In this document: positions 37,264 to 46,880 of the stretch, in pieces
Numbering within the stretch: the first letter of the stretch is position 1
How the letters are laid out: each line of letters begins with the position of its first letter
Source: Gaiellales bacterium
Lineage (GTDB): Bacteria > Actinomycetota > Thermoleophilia > Gaiellales > F1-60-MAGs149
NCBI GenBank assembly: GCA_964203045.1
Contig: CAXNKU010000002.1
Span: 131,855-195,854 of the forward strand
Length of the DNA: 64,000 nucleotides
Direction: 5' to 3'
Made by a program: the position numbers and the translations under genes
Notes under the pieces: generated by a model
Seen by the model: the letters and a program-made list of their open reading frames with translations, nothing else
What the model was told of the DNA's origin: nothing
Databases searched by the model: none

Positions 37264-38808
37264 ATGAGCGACGTTCAGGGCGAGCTTGAAGTACCTAAGA
37301 CTCCGCGCACTCCCGCGGAAGAAGCAGTGCACCAGGCTGATAAAGCCAAAAAAAAGAAAGCCAAGGCGCTAGCACTTTCAGCAATCACGTTATCGGTTTT
37401 TTTGTGTTGGCTCGGTAGCACGGTTTTCATTGCGTCACATAAGGTGATGGCGGCGCAACTAGGTATCAGCACTCTGGAAGTGACTCTGGCACTCGCGAGT
37501 TACTCGGTTGCGCTGATCATGATCGCGATTGCAGGCGGTCGGCTGTGTGACATCATCGGCCGCAAACGGATGTTTGTTATTGCTGCCGTCGTATTTTCCG
37601 TGACAGCAGTTTCTGGCGTGCTTATTGAAAACTTTTGGTCTCTCCTGCTGGTACGAGTGGTGTTGGGCCTATGCGCAGGACTAATCCTGACGTCTACGGG
37701 GGGAATTTTAGTCACGACTATGCACGGTGATACCCGCCATAATGGGTGGCTGCTTTGGCGTGGCGCGGGTATGAGCGGCATGGTCCTGGGCCCGGTTTTT
37801 GGACCAGTCATATCGAGCGGCGTCGAGTGGCATGTGCCGTTTCTGGCAAGTGCCCTGCTGATGCTGGTAGCACTTGTCCTTGGTGTCTTTGGGATGACGG
37901 AGAGCCGTGATGAAGACAGTGTCTTCAGTTTTGGGCTCTTAGCTCCTACGGTTTTGCTGGGTCTTGGATTACTGAGCCCGTACTTAGTCCTGCTCGTGTT
38001 CAAGGAGCAGGTCGAGAGTTGGCCTTTGGCGGGCGCTATCGTCGTCGGCGGGATCATCTGTTTCATTGGATACTTCGTACTCAATAGAAGGTTTTCAAAT
38101 AAACTGTTTGACACCAACATTCTTACCCATAACCGTCGGTTGTGGCTGACCGATATTTTTGGCGGAATTCACGTAGGCGCCCTTTTTGTAGTGGTCGCAG
38201 CCTTCACGGTGATTCTGGATGCTGATACCAAATTGACTTCCACCTGGATTGGTATCGGCATGCTGCCGCTCGTTTTACCCCTAATTACGTTGCATTTGTT
38301 GGCACACAGATTTAGAGAAAAGTATGGGCTTACGAGGCAAAAAGAAACAATTATTGGATGCGTACTGCTAACACTCAGCATGATTTGGTGGTTCGCTGTG
38401 TCGGTGGGAAATCCAAATTACTGGACGATACTGCCAGCCTTGATTCTGATAGGAGCTGGCTTTGGCCTGATCCGGCTCTATGGGCACATGGGCGTCATTA
38501 AGGACACCGGCCAAAGGTGGTCGTCCACACTTTTCGGGACTCGAACTTTCAGTAATCACATCGGTGCGGCCATAGGCGCGGTAATCATCGGCTACATACT
38601 CGTGGCGGCCTCAATTGGCAACGAAACATTAGATCCGGAGGCGGCTAAGCAAGCCGGCCTGATCGCCAGCTTCTCGATATTGGTCGTAATTGTTTCGTCG
38701 ATCGTGTTCGCTGGCCTTAAGGCCAAACTACTCGGGCTTGAAGATCCACACTGGCATGCGCCAAGGTCTGCGGGCGCAGGTGAGAGCTCCGAAGAGCGTG
38801 TGCTTTGA
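37264..38808 (+). CDS. MFS transporter, 14-TM DHA2 (EmrB/QacA)-like
   Basis: 514 aa with about 14 hydrophobic helices and the motif GGRLCDIIGRKRM. Low-GC codon usage. Confidence 0.75.
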   Translation: MSDVQGELEVPKTPRTPAEEAVHQADKAKKKKAKALALSAITLSVFLCWLGSTVFIASHKVMAAQLGISTLEVTLALASYSVALIMIAIAGGRLCDIIGRKRMFVIAAVVFSVTAVSGVLIENFWSLLLVRVVLGLCAGLILTSTGGILVTTMHGDTRHNGWLLWRGAGMSGMVLGPVFGPVISSGVEWHVPFLASALLMLVALVLGVFGMTESRDEDSVFSFGLLAPTVLLGLGLLSPYLVLLVFKEQVESWPLAGAIVVGGIICFIGYFVLNRRFSNKLFDTNILTHNRRLWLTDIFGGIHVGALFVVVAAFTVILDADTKLTSTWIGIGMLPLVLPLITLHLLAHRFREKYGLTRQKETIIGCVLLTLSMIWWFAVSVGNPNYWTILPALILIGAGFGLIRLYGHMGVIKDTGQRWSSTLFGTRTFSNHIGAAIGAVIIGYILVAASIGNETLDPEAAKQAGLIASFSILVVIVSSIVFAGLKAKLLGLEDPHWHAPRSAGAGESSEERVL

Positions 38809-38919
38809 GCTCAGCATGAAGTGCCCCAGGTTAGTTTTCTTATCTTGGGACGCGGATGCGGTTAGTTCTTGGATGCCTTCAAAGGCGATCGCGTGTCGTG
38901 ATCTGCCGCGCCACGGCGC

Positions 38920-39618
38920 TTAGAAGAGCAGGCTCAGAGTGACGCCAGCCGGATTGCCGAGCTGGATCAATCGGACAATTGAGAACACCAGGATGACGGC
39001 ACCGACCGCGCCAAGGCCGATCTTGATCCGCTCCTGTCGGACGAGACTGGCGACGCCAAAGAGGAAAAGAGCGAGAGCAATAATGATCGACAGGATGTCG
39101 AAGTCACTGCCGATTCCATCCTTCGTCTGCGCTTCATCGAACTGCGCCTGCGCCTCCGCGTCGAGCGCCTCGGCGTCGTCGAACATCTGCGTCGACCAAT
39201 TCGGATTGTCTTCGGTAAATGGCGTGTCGTACTGCGCCGCATCAGGCTGTGTATCCCACCAATCGATCGCGGCCTGGAGTTCCTCGGTCATCAGCGAGTC
39301 GTGGATATACGTGGCCGCGTCGACGTCGCCCGAGAACTCGGCCTTCGCATACTCGAGGAACAGCGCCTGGTCAGCAACGTCGGTAGCCGCAGCGTCGTTA
39401 TACGCCTGCGATGCCGCATCCGACGAGCGGATGCCTTCACTGTAGGCCGCCGATACGCCCGAGCCGAGTTGAGCACTCTGAAACGTCGACCATGCGGTCA
39501 GGATCGCTGCGATTCCGAGCAGGATCGCAATCGAAACCTCGAGGCGATCGAGTCGCCCTTGGCGCGGTTCGGACTCCCCGCTACCCGAGTCCCCAGCAGC
39601 TGTATCTTGCGATGCCAT
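38920..39618 (-). CDS. hypothetical two-TM membrane protein (DUF4337-like topology)
   Basis: 232 aa from the internal ATG (MASQDTAAG...). One TM helix lies near each end, flanking an acidic helical region. The family assignment is tentative. Confidence 0.45.
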   Translation of the reverse strand: MASQDTAAGDSGSGESEPRQGRLDRLEVSIAILLGIAAILTAWSTFQSAQLGSGVSAAYSEGIRSSDAASQAYNDAAATDVADQALFLEYAKAEFSGDVDAATYIHDSLMTEELQAAIDWWDTQPDAAQYDTPFTEDNPNWSTQMFDDAEALDAEAQAQFDEAQTKDGIGSDFDILSIIIALALFLFGVASLVRQERIKIGLGAVGAVILVFSIVRLIQLGNPAGVTLSLLF

Positions 39619-39781
39619 GTTCGTTCTCCTGGTCTGAGCCGACAAGGCCGGCGACAATCATGCCCGGCAATCTATCAGCACCTGCGGCGCATCGGTAGTC
39701 CGGGCGTTTGCGGGCGCAGCTGCCTCGCTGGCCGGTCAAACACGAGACGGTTCGGACGCCCAGCGGAAGCGACGAGACGCG

Positions 39782-41092
39782 CTAAGCGTCGGTCGACGAA
39801 CCAGCGCCAACAGTGGTCTGCTGTTCGGCGGCGAGCGCGCGCTGCGCTCGGTGCGAGAAGATCACGAGCAGGATCCGGTTGAGCGCGAGCGCCAGCAGAC
39901 CAAGACCGAGCGCGAAGACGATCACGTCGATCACGATCGACCAGGCGAAGAGGATCAGTAGGCCGATGACGAGCGCGATTGCACCCTGGATCAGCCGACC
40001 CGGATTGGTCGCAGCCGGTACGAATAGACGCTGCAAGCCACTGCGGACGGCGACCATCAAATCCTGCGCCTCGACGCTGCGGTGTCCGGCTGCCTCAACG
40101 GCAGAACCTGTCGTCGAGGCCACAGCGGCGGAGCCAGCGGTCAATGCACCAGTTGCCGAGTCGGACGCCGAGGTGAGTGCTCCACCCACCTTGTCCGACG
40201 CAGCGCCGAACGCACCAGAAGCCGAATCGCGCGCCCGGGCTGCAGCCGACGACGCGACCGGCAGTGCGAAGCGCAGCGACCAGACGATCACGGCGGCAAC
40301 CATGCCAAGAGCGCCAATCCAGTAGGCGACGCGGCGAAGATCGCCAAAGAGACCTTCGAAGGCGCCGCCGAGTGCCTCAGAGAGCACGGGCTGGCTGGCC
40401 GTCGCGGACACGAGGCCGAGCTGAGCGAGCGCCAAGATCAGGACGAGCCCAAGCCCAGCCGCTGCGAACACGACGAGCGAGGTAATCAGACCGCGGCGCC
40501 GATCGGGCGAGATCAAACTCGAGATGCCGCCGAGGATTAGACCGAGCAGGATTACCCCCCAGGCGATCGGGCCAACCTTCGCGCCGAGCTGAATCAAGCG
40601 GAAGGCAGGTCCGGGGTTGGGGATGTTCGCGAGCTCGGTTGCGGCCAGACCACTGACCGTCGCAGCGAGTTGCGGGTTGATCCCGGTGAGCGCCGTTTGG
40701 ATCATCTCCGGTGCCCCCTCGACCTTGAAGACAAGCGCAGCGGTATCAGGATCGACGAGTACCTTCTGGAAGCGCACGAGTGACTGCGTGAGGATGTTCT
40801 TGAAGGCGGGCTCAGAAACAATCGTCATCGCAGCGGACTGGATCAGCGGTCGAGCAATCGCAGCCTTCGGCGCCTTCTCCACGATCGCCGTTGTCAACTG
40901 CGTGGCAACAGCGGTTTGCACACCCGGCTCGCTGATGACAGCCGAGACGCGGCTCGCAAAGGCCTCAGAGTTGTAGAGCGAGCGCTGCAGGTACACGCCC
41001 ACGACGCCGAGCGTGACCAGCAACCAACCGACGAAGAGCAGGGCAACAATGCCTGTCTTACGCCATCTGCTCGCCTTCGCTCGCTCCGTCAT
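39782..41092 (-). CDS. hypothetical polytopic membrane protein with Ala/Ser/Gly-rich segment
   Basis: 436 aa from the internal ATG (MTERAKASRW...). The upstream part of the ORF overlaps the neighbouring gene. It has several TM helices and a low-complexity stretch (SASGAFGAASDKVGGALTSASDSATGALTAGSAAVAS). Confidence 0.5.
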   Translation of the reverse strand: MTERAKASRWRKTGIVALLFVGWLLVTLGVVGVYLQRSLYNSEAFASRVSAVISEPGVQTAVATQLTTAIVEKAPKAAIARPLIQSAAMTIVSEPAFKNILTQSLVRFQKVLVDPDTAALVFKVEGAPEMIQTALTGINPQLAATVSGLAATELANIPNPGPAFRLIQLGAKVGPIAWGVILLGLILGGISSLISPDRRRGLITSLVVFAAAGLGLVLILALAQLGLVSATASQPVLSEALGGAFEGLFGDLRRVAYWIGALGMVAAVIVWSLRFALPVASSAAARARDSASGAFGAASDKVGGALTSASDSATGALTAGSAAVASTTGSAVEAAGHRSVEAQDLMVAVRSGLQRLFVPAATNPGRLIQGAIALVIGLLILFAWSIVIDVIVFALGLGLLALALNRILLVIFSHRAQRALAAEQQTTVGAGSSTDA

Positions 41093-41132
41093 AGGCGGGA
41101 CGGTAGCACGCGCTGCCTGCACAGATGTATCC

Positions 41133-42281
41133 TCAGTTCGGTTTGAAGGCCGTGAACTTCTGCTTGACGACCTCTTGCACCGTGACCGGCGAAATGCCGT
41201 TGCGAGCAGCGTCAAACGTAAACTTGCCAAGCAGCGTCGAAACGGTCTTCGTGCCAGTGATCGCAGTCAGTTGCGCGGTAATCGCGTCCTGCGTTGCCGA
41301 CTTGCCGTTTTTCGCAGCCGCCGCCAGCACGTAGGTATAGGCATAGGCCGTCGCGGCAAACTGGTCGGGCGAGCGCTTATACGCCTTCTTGAAGTTCTTG
41401 ATGAATGCCGTGTTGGCATTCGAGACCGTCGAGGCGCTCCACGAGGTGCCAACAATCAGACCGTTTGCGGCCGTTCCCGCACCTGCCACAACGGCCTGCG
41501 AAGCGAAGGCATTGGAGCCGATGATCTTCTTCTTGTAGCCCGCAGCGCGCAGCGCGACGAGCAACGGCACACCCTCGGCCGGCAAGGCGGTGATCGCAAC
41601 GATGTCCGGATCGGACGCCTTAACAGAAGCGGCGATTGCAGCAAAATCGATCGTCCCGACTGGCACGAGCTCGGTCTTCAAAACAGTCATACCGTTAGCG
41701 GTAATGGCGGCACCGAGGATCGGGCCCGACGTGGCAGCGAATCCATCGCTGCCCTGAATGACCACGGCCGTCTTGGGCAACAGCGACGAGGTCGCAACAG
41801 CCTTGACCACTGCGGGCAGCACCACAGCCTCGGTCAGTGCCGGTCGGAAGATAAACGTGCCGATCTCCGTAATGCCCGGCTGGGTGTTCGAAATTCCCAG
41901 CACGGGAATGCGTGCGGCCTGAGCAAAGTTGTCGACCGTCAAGGCGACATCCGACAGGGTCGGCCCCATCAGGACCGAGACGTTATCGCGAAAGAAGACG
42001 CCGTAGGCAGCAGCCGCACCAGCGGCAGTTCCTAGATCGTCGATCGTCTTGACGTTCATCTTGACGCCGGACACGGCGCCCGCATTGATCTCCTTGGCAG
42101 CGAGGTCGATACCGCGGCGCGAGCTGAGTCCGTAGGCCTGGTTCGGGCCGGTCAGTGTGAGTGCGGCACCGACGTTGACCGTGACGGGCGCGGCGACAGC
42201 CGAGGGGACGAGCATGGCGAGAGCGGCCACGGCGGTCGTGGCGACAAGGGCTAAGCGCGAGCGCAGACGTGGAGAAGACAT
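41133..42281 (-). CDS. ABC-transporter periplasmic substrate-binding protein (LivJ/branched-chain amino acid type)
   Basis: 382 aa with a signal peptide (ALAMLVPSAVAAP), then the VGAALTLTGPNQAYG...G..LA..EINA.GG pattern of Peripla_BP_6 proteins. Confidence 0.8.
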   Translation of the reverse strand: MSSPRLRSRLALVATTAVAALAMLVPSAVAAPVTVNVGAALTLTGPNQAYGLSSRRGIDLAAKEINAGAVSGVKMNVKTIDDLGTAAGAAAAYGVFFRDNVSVLMGPTLSDVALTVDNFAQAARIPVLGISNTQPGITEIGTFIFRPALTEAVVLPAVVKAVATSSLLPKTAVVIQGSDGFAATSGPILGAAITANGMTVLKTELVPVGTIDFAAIAASVKASDPDIVAITALPAEGVPLLVALRAAGYKKKIIGSNAFASQAVVAGAGTAANGLIVGTSWSASTVSNANTAFIKNFKKAYKRSPDQFAATAYAYTYVLAAAAKNGKSATQDAITAQLTAITGTKTVSTLLGKFTFDAARNGISPVTVQEVVKQKFTAFKPN

Positions 42282-42355
42282 ACGGCTTAGGGTACGCCAC
42301 TTTCGCTGCGGATGTGGAACTCCGTGTGCTGGCTTAGTCCCGGTTTAGTCTTGGC

Positions 42356-43321
42356 TTAATGGTGCCGGCCGACGAGCAGGCTGGCCCCAATCGCGCCGCC
42401 AAGGTCGCCGAGTGCCGCCACCAGGACCGGCGGAGCCTTGTCGGGCTGGAACAACGTTGGCTGCATGGCATCGGCAATGCGGTCTGCCATTGGCTGACCA
42501 AAGCGCGAACCAAGCCCACCACCGAGGATCACTGCGTCGAGATCGAGAATGTTGATCACATTCGCAGCCGCCGTCGCGATCGCATCAACGGCTTCGCCAA
42601 TCAGCTCGCTGGCCAGCGGATCACCCGCTTCGAGTGCCTCCTGCCAGACCCGGGAGGAAAGGCGCTCTTTCCCGTCCTGCTCCATCAGCGTGAAGAGATT
42701 CGTCTCGCGACCAGCTGCCACCGCAGTCCGGGCGCGCGTCTCCATGTTGCGGCGCCCAGCGTAGGCCTCCATCGTGCCGACCATGCCGCTCGGCTCGGCG
42801 AGCCCGCCCCGTTGGATCACGGTGTGGCCGAGTTCTCCCGCCGCGCCACGGCCATGCCATAGCTCGCGGTTGAGCACGATGCCGCTCCCGACGCCCGTGC
42901 CCCACCAGATGCCGACAAAGTTGTGGAGCTTGGCGCCCGCGCCGAGATCGCGCTCGCCAAGCACCGCGACTGAGACGTCGTTGCCGAGAAACACGGGGGC
43001 GCCACAGCCCTTCTTGATCGCTGCTGCAAGCGGATAGGGCTTGTCGAAGCCGGGAATGTTCGGAGCGCGCACGAGCATGCCGGCGCTCGCGTCCACTGCG
43101 CCCGGCGCCCCGATGCCAATCCCGACCAACTCGTTGGTCTTGCAGCCCGCATCGTCGGCCGCGGCTTTGATCGCCTCGATGATCGCATTGATGACGCTAT
43201 TCGGGCCGTCCGTCGTGGGGGTGGCGAGGCGGGCTTTGCCGCGCACCTTGTGGTCCCCGTTGAGGATCACCGCCTCGATCTTGGTTCCACCAACGTCGAC
43301 GCCACAGATTCGCTTACTCAT
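42356..43321 (-). CDS. ROK-family sugar kinase (glucokinase-like)
   Basis: 321 aa with N-terminal GVDVGGTK, ROK blocks (LGNDVSVA, GAAGELGH) and C-terminal GGGL. Confidence 0.85.
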   Translation of the reverse strand: MSKRICGVDVGGTKIEAVILNGDHKVRGKARLATPTTDGPNSVINAIIEAIKAAADDAGCKTNELVGIGIGAPGAVDASAGMLVRAPNIPGFDKPYPLAAAIKKGCGAPVFLGNDVSVAVLGERDLGAGAKLHNFVGIWWGTGVGSGIVLNRELWHGRGAAGELGHTVIQRGGLAEPSGMVGTMEAYAGRRNMETRARTAVAAGRETNLFTLMEQDGKERLSSRVWQEALEAGDPLASELIGEAVDAIATAAANVINILDLDAVILGGGLGSRFGQPMADRIADAMQPTLFQPDKAPPVLVAALGDLGGAIGASLLVGRHH

Positions 43322-43386
43322 AGCGGTGACGCTACCAGTTTTCAGAATACCGACGGACGACGACCCTCTGGCGTAGACTCGCTCCT

Positions 43387-44529
43387 ATGAGCACTCCACA
43401 GTGGCACGAGGATTGGTTCCCTGAACTGCGCGACGCACGCCCGTGGCTGATGGAGGAGATGATCGACTCCGAACCAGCTGCGGCGAAGGCGATTGTTGGA
43501 ATTGCTGGACTCAAGAAAATTGCTGCGGCCGTGAAGAAGGCCCATGCGGCTGGCGAACCAATCGTCGTCGCTGGCTGCGGGACGAGCGAGCACGGTGCGC
43601 GTGCCGTGGCGGCTCAACTCGACGATGCTCTTGGCCATCGCGGCAGCCGCCCAGTTGGGCGCCAGGCGCTCGAGGCCTCGATCGACCCAGCGGTTGGTGG
43701 CATCACGATCGGGATCTCCCACGACGGCGGCACGCACGCCACGAAGCTTGCGCTCGAAGCCGCCCGCGAGGGCGGTGCCACGACCGCGCTGATTACGGCC
43801 AACCCCGACGGCCCACTGCTTGAGGCCGCCGACCTTGTTGCCATGACGCCCGCCAAGGACACGAGTTGGTGCCACACGATTGGGTACGTGTCGCCGATGG
43901 TGGCGGGCGCCGTGATCGCTGGTGTCATCGCCAACAAGCCTGTCGATGGCAACGCACTGCGCGGCCATCTCGAGGAGTGCCTCACCCTCCGCCCCCATGC
44001 GGCCGAGATTGCAGCGAACCTGAAGGGCGTGGAGCGGCTGATCGTGGTCGGTGGTGGCTACGATCGAATTAGTGCAGACGAGTTGGTCTTGAAGGTCGAA
44101 GAGGGGCTGCACCTGCCATCCGCAGCGCGCGATCTCGAGACGTTTTTGCACGGACACCTGCCCGCGTGTGACGAGCGCACCGGGCTCGTGATCATCGCGA
44201 CGGAGCACCGTGGGCGTCCGCGTCGCACCGACCGCGGCCGCATGTTGCTGCGTGCAGCACGTCGTGTGGGCATGCCCTGCGCGGCGATCATGGTGCCGGC
44301 TGTCGAGAGCGTCTGGGGTCGCGAGCTGACCAACGCTGGTCGCATCCTGCTTCCCCACGCGCCGCGCCTACTGCCGAGCACGAGCGCACTGACTGCCACG
44401 GCGATCGCCCTGCAGCTCGTGACGCTCGAAATGGTGCACAGTGCAGGCACCTATCCCGATCTGATTCGTCGCGAATTCGAACCGTGGCGCGAGGCCGCCG
44501 CGATCATCGAGACCGATACCACGTGGTAA
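43387..44529 (+). CDS. SIS-domain sugar isomerase/deaminase (GlmS C-terminal / AgaS / FrlB-like)
   Basis: 380 aa with two SIS repeats (VAGCGTSEH...; VVGGGYD...). Confidence 0.7.
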   Translation: MSTPQWHEDWFPELRDARPWLMEEMIDSEPAAAKAIVGIAGLKKIAAAVKKAHAAGEPIVVAGCGTSEHGARAVAAQLDDALGHRGSRPVGRQALEASIDPAVGGITIGISHDGGTHATKLALEAAREGGATTALITANPDGPLLEAADLVAMTPAKDTSWCHTIGYVSPMVAGAVIAGVIANKPVDGNALRGHLEECLTLRPHAAEIAANLKGVERLIVVGGGYDRISADELVLKVEEGLHLPSAARDLETFLHGHLPACDERTGLVIIATEHRGRPRRTDRGRMLLRAARRVGMPCAAIMVPAVESVWGRELTNAGRILLPHAPRLLPSTSALTATAIALQLVTLEMVHSAGTYPDLIRREFEPWREAAAIIETDTTW

Positions 44530-44544
44530 AGAGGAGCACAACGC

Positions 44545-44727
44545 ATGTCTGCTGAAATGACACCCGCCGCCAAGGAGCTCGTCACAGCGCTCCAGCACTT
44601 GCACGGCGCGGACCATGCGCTGCGCCAGTGCCTGACACTGCTGCGCCAGAGCGAGGAAGAGGTCCCCGAGACGGTCGAGGATGCGATGTCGCTCGTCGCT
44701 GACGCACTGCAGACGCTCGAGTCGTGA
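44545..44727 (+). CDS. small hypothetical protein
   Basis: 60-aa helical, acidic ORF. Its TGA overlaps the GTG of the downstream kinase (GTGA). No family recognised. Confidence 0.35.
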   Translation: MSAEMTPAAKELVTALQHLHGADHALRQCLTLLRQSEEEVPETVEDAMSLVADALQTLES

Positions 44728-45581
44728 CCCCCGAGCAGGCGCTGGCGCTCGCCTGCGACGCGCTCGGTACCGATCCGGCGCAGGCTGAGGTACTACGCGC
44801 AGCCGATGCGATTACCGTGCGCGTAGATGCGGGCCGCGTCGCGCGCGTAATCCCTGGCGATGCCGATTCGATCGTCGCTACCCAGCGCGTTCTGGCAGCA
44901 ATCGCGCAGTTGCCCGAGCACATCTTGCAGCCACTTGGCGAGGCGGTTGTGCTGGGTGACACCCTCGTCGTCCCCTACCCCCTCGTCGTCCCGGGCGCTC
45001 CTGCGGATGCCGACCTCGGCATCGCCGGTGCCTGCCTCGCGGCGCTCCATACGGCGGGGCATCACCTGCTTGGTGATGATGCGCTCGACTTGCCATTGTT
45101 TGACCCATTGGCGATCGCGACACGTTGGCTCGATCGTTCGATCGCGGTCTTTACCGAGTCCGAGCGTGCCGACCTACTTGCTGCGATTGACGAGCACTGG
45201 CCGAACGTCACGGGAGAACAGACCGTGATTCATGGCGATGCTCACCGCGCCAACTGGTGGCCCGAGCGCGCCGACTGGTGGGTCCTGATCGACCCCGAGT
45301 TCCTGTCGCTCGGTCCGGCCGTCTACGACCTGGCGCCGCTCGAAGTGACCGAACGACGACTCGGCCTCGGTCCCTCCCGCTTTCCGAGCTTTCAAGTGGG
45401 ATACGAGTCGCTGGCGGGCCGCATCGACCCGGCCGCACTGGCTGCTGCAATCCGCGTGCGCGAGTTGCTCTCCGTGGCTTGGCTCGCCTCGCGCGTGGGC
45501 GAGGATTCGCAGGTCGCCGTGCGCGCTCGGCATCGACTCAGCGATGCGCTCAGCGGACGCGATGGCTCATGGCTCGCGTAA
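44724..45581 (+). CDS. APH/fructosamine-kinase-like phosphotransferase
   Basis: 285 aa with the catalytic block VIHGDAHRANWW and LIDPE. It ends inside copy 1 of the 86-bp tandem repeat. Confidence 0.7.
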   Translation: MTPEQALALACDALGTDPAQAEVLRAADAITVRVDAGRVARVIPGDADSIVATQRVLAAIAQLPEHILQPLGEAVVLGDTLVVPYPLVVPGAPADADLGIAGACLAALHTAGHHLLGDDALDLPLFDPLAIATRWLDRSIAVFTESERADLLAAIDEHWPNVTGEQTVIHGDAHRANWWPERADWWVLIDPEFLSLGPAVYDLAPLEVTERRLGLGPSRFPSFQVGYESLAGRIDPAALAAAIRVRELLSVAWLASRVGEDSQVAVRARHRLSDALSGRDGSWLA

Positions 45582-45818
45582 GCACCGTCGAGCGCGGTCG
45601 GGACCCGATCGATCTTGCTGGCACGCTCCCGAGGCTCGGCGATCGCGATGGCTCATGGCTCGCGTAAGCACCGTCGAGCGCGGTCGGGACCCGATCGATG
45701 TTGCTGGCACGCTCGCGTGGCTCGGCGATCGCGATGGCTCATGGCTCGCGTAAGCACCGTCGAGCGCGGTCGGGACCCGATCGATGTTGCTGGCACGCTC
45801 GCGTGGCTCGGCGATCGC
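45561..45818 (+). repeat. 86-bp tandem repeat, three complete copies, spanning a gene junction
   Basis: Copies start at 45561, 45647 and 45733. Copies 2 and 3 are identical, and copy 1 differs at 3 positions. Each copy carries ...GATGGCTCATGGCTCGCGTAA..., the stop of the kinase gene overlapping the ATG of the glycosylase gene. Confidence 0.95.
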
Positions 45819-46586
45819 ACCGTGCGCGACATCGACACGTGGGATGGCACGACCTACACACGAACAGCTCGACTCGGTCGGACTGTCGGGCGGATCTCGC
45901 TGTCGGCGAATGGGAAGACCGGCGTGGAGATCGGCGCATGGAACGCCACGGCGCTCAAGCTGGCAACTCCCCGGGTGCGCCACCTGCTCGGGCTCGACGA
46001 CGACCCGCGCCCATGGCTCGAGTTACTTGGCAAGGATCCGGTGCTCGGCCCGCGCGTCACGAGCCGGCCTGGCCTACGGATGCCTGGCTCGTGGGACGCG
46101 TGGGAGATGTGTGCTCGTGCTGTGCTCGGCCAGCTCGTCAGCGTCGCTGCAGCCCGCACCTTGACGGCTCGCCTCGTCGAGCGGCACGGTGAGCAGCTAC
46201 CCGATGGTGGGCTCGTCTTTCCCGACGCGGCGACCGTGGCCGAGGGCGATCTCGATGGCCTCGGTCTGCCAAACGCGCGCCGCGATGCCCTGCGCTCGAT
46301 TGCCGAACTCGTCGCCACCGGTGGTGTCGACCTCTCTCCGGGTGCCGACCCCGAGGCGGCGCAGGCTGCGCTCGTGGCGCTCAAGGGCATTGGGCCGTGG
46401 ACTGCGATGTACGTCCGCATGCGCGCGATCCGCGACCTCGATGCCTTTCCAGCCTCCGATCTCGGCGTGCTGGTTGCACTCTCGGACGCCGACGGGCGAC
46501 GCCCCACCGAGCGCGAGTCGCGCCTGCGCGGCGAGGCGTGGGCGCCGTACCGAGGCGTTGCCACGATGCATCTCTGGTCGCCGTAG
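45741..46586 (+). CDS. alkA: DNA-3-methyladenine glycosylase II (AlkA-like, HhH-GPD)
   Basis: 281 aa from the ATG in repeat copy 3 (MARVSTVERG...). HhH-GPD region with LKGIGPWTAMYV..R and the catalytic Asp context (DAFPASDLGV). Confidence 0.8.
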   Translation: MARVSTVERGRDPIDVAGTLAWLGDRTVRDIDTWDGTTYTRTARLGRTVGRISLSANGKTGVEIGAWNATALKLATPRVRHLLGLDDDPRPWLELLGKDPVLGPRVTSRPGLRMPGSWDAWEMCARAVLGQLVSVAAARTLTARLVERHGEQLPDGGLVFPDAATVAEGDLDGLGLPNARRDALRSIAELVATGGVDLSPGADPEAAQAALVALKGIGPWTAMYVRMRAIRDLDAFPASDLGVLVALSDADGRRPTERESRLRGEAWAPYRGVATMHLWSP

Positions 46587-46701
46587 TACCGCTGGTCGCG
46601 CTAAAAATGACCAAGATGGCCTCGCAATGACCAAGGCGGCCCGTCTTTCATGCTGCACGACGGCTTATTGGCGGCGAGGGATCTCGTGTCCAGAATCCCG
46701 C

Positions 46702-46795
46702 CAATGTCCAGAAGGGGTCAGGCACGATCTGGACATTTGATGGATGAGCTAGCTCGTGCAGTGTCCAGATCGTGCCTGACCCCTTCTGGACATTG
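46702..46795. repeat. family-1 composite palindromic element (94 bp)
   Basis: CAATGTCCAGAAGGGGTCAGGCACGATCTGGACATT - TGATGGATGAGCTAGCTCGTGCA - GTGTCCAGATCGTGCCTGACCCCTTCTGGACATTG. Confidence 0.9.
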
Positions 46796-46880
46796 GCGCC
46801 GCGTCGCCACCCGTAAACCGCCACGCCGCTTGATCGACAGGCCACCTAGATCGTTGGCAGACCGCCTAAACTGAACCGCT

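Larger units (their letters stand above)
36641..38900. other. low-GC two-gene cassette (probable horizontal acquisition)
   Basis: Composition drops abruptly, with A/T-rich third codon positions (many TTT, ATT, AAA codons) relative to both flanks. It carries the histidine-phosphatase and MFS genes. No integrase or transposase is present. Confidence 0.55.

Noticed and set aside
45561-45818. Regular 86-bp periodic repeat considered as a possible CRISPR array.
   Set aside because: The copies are contiguous with no unique spacers, and the unit is coding sequence from the two flanking genes. No cas genes are present. It is a tandem duplication.
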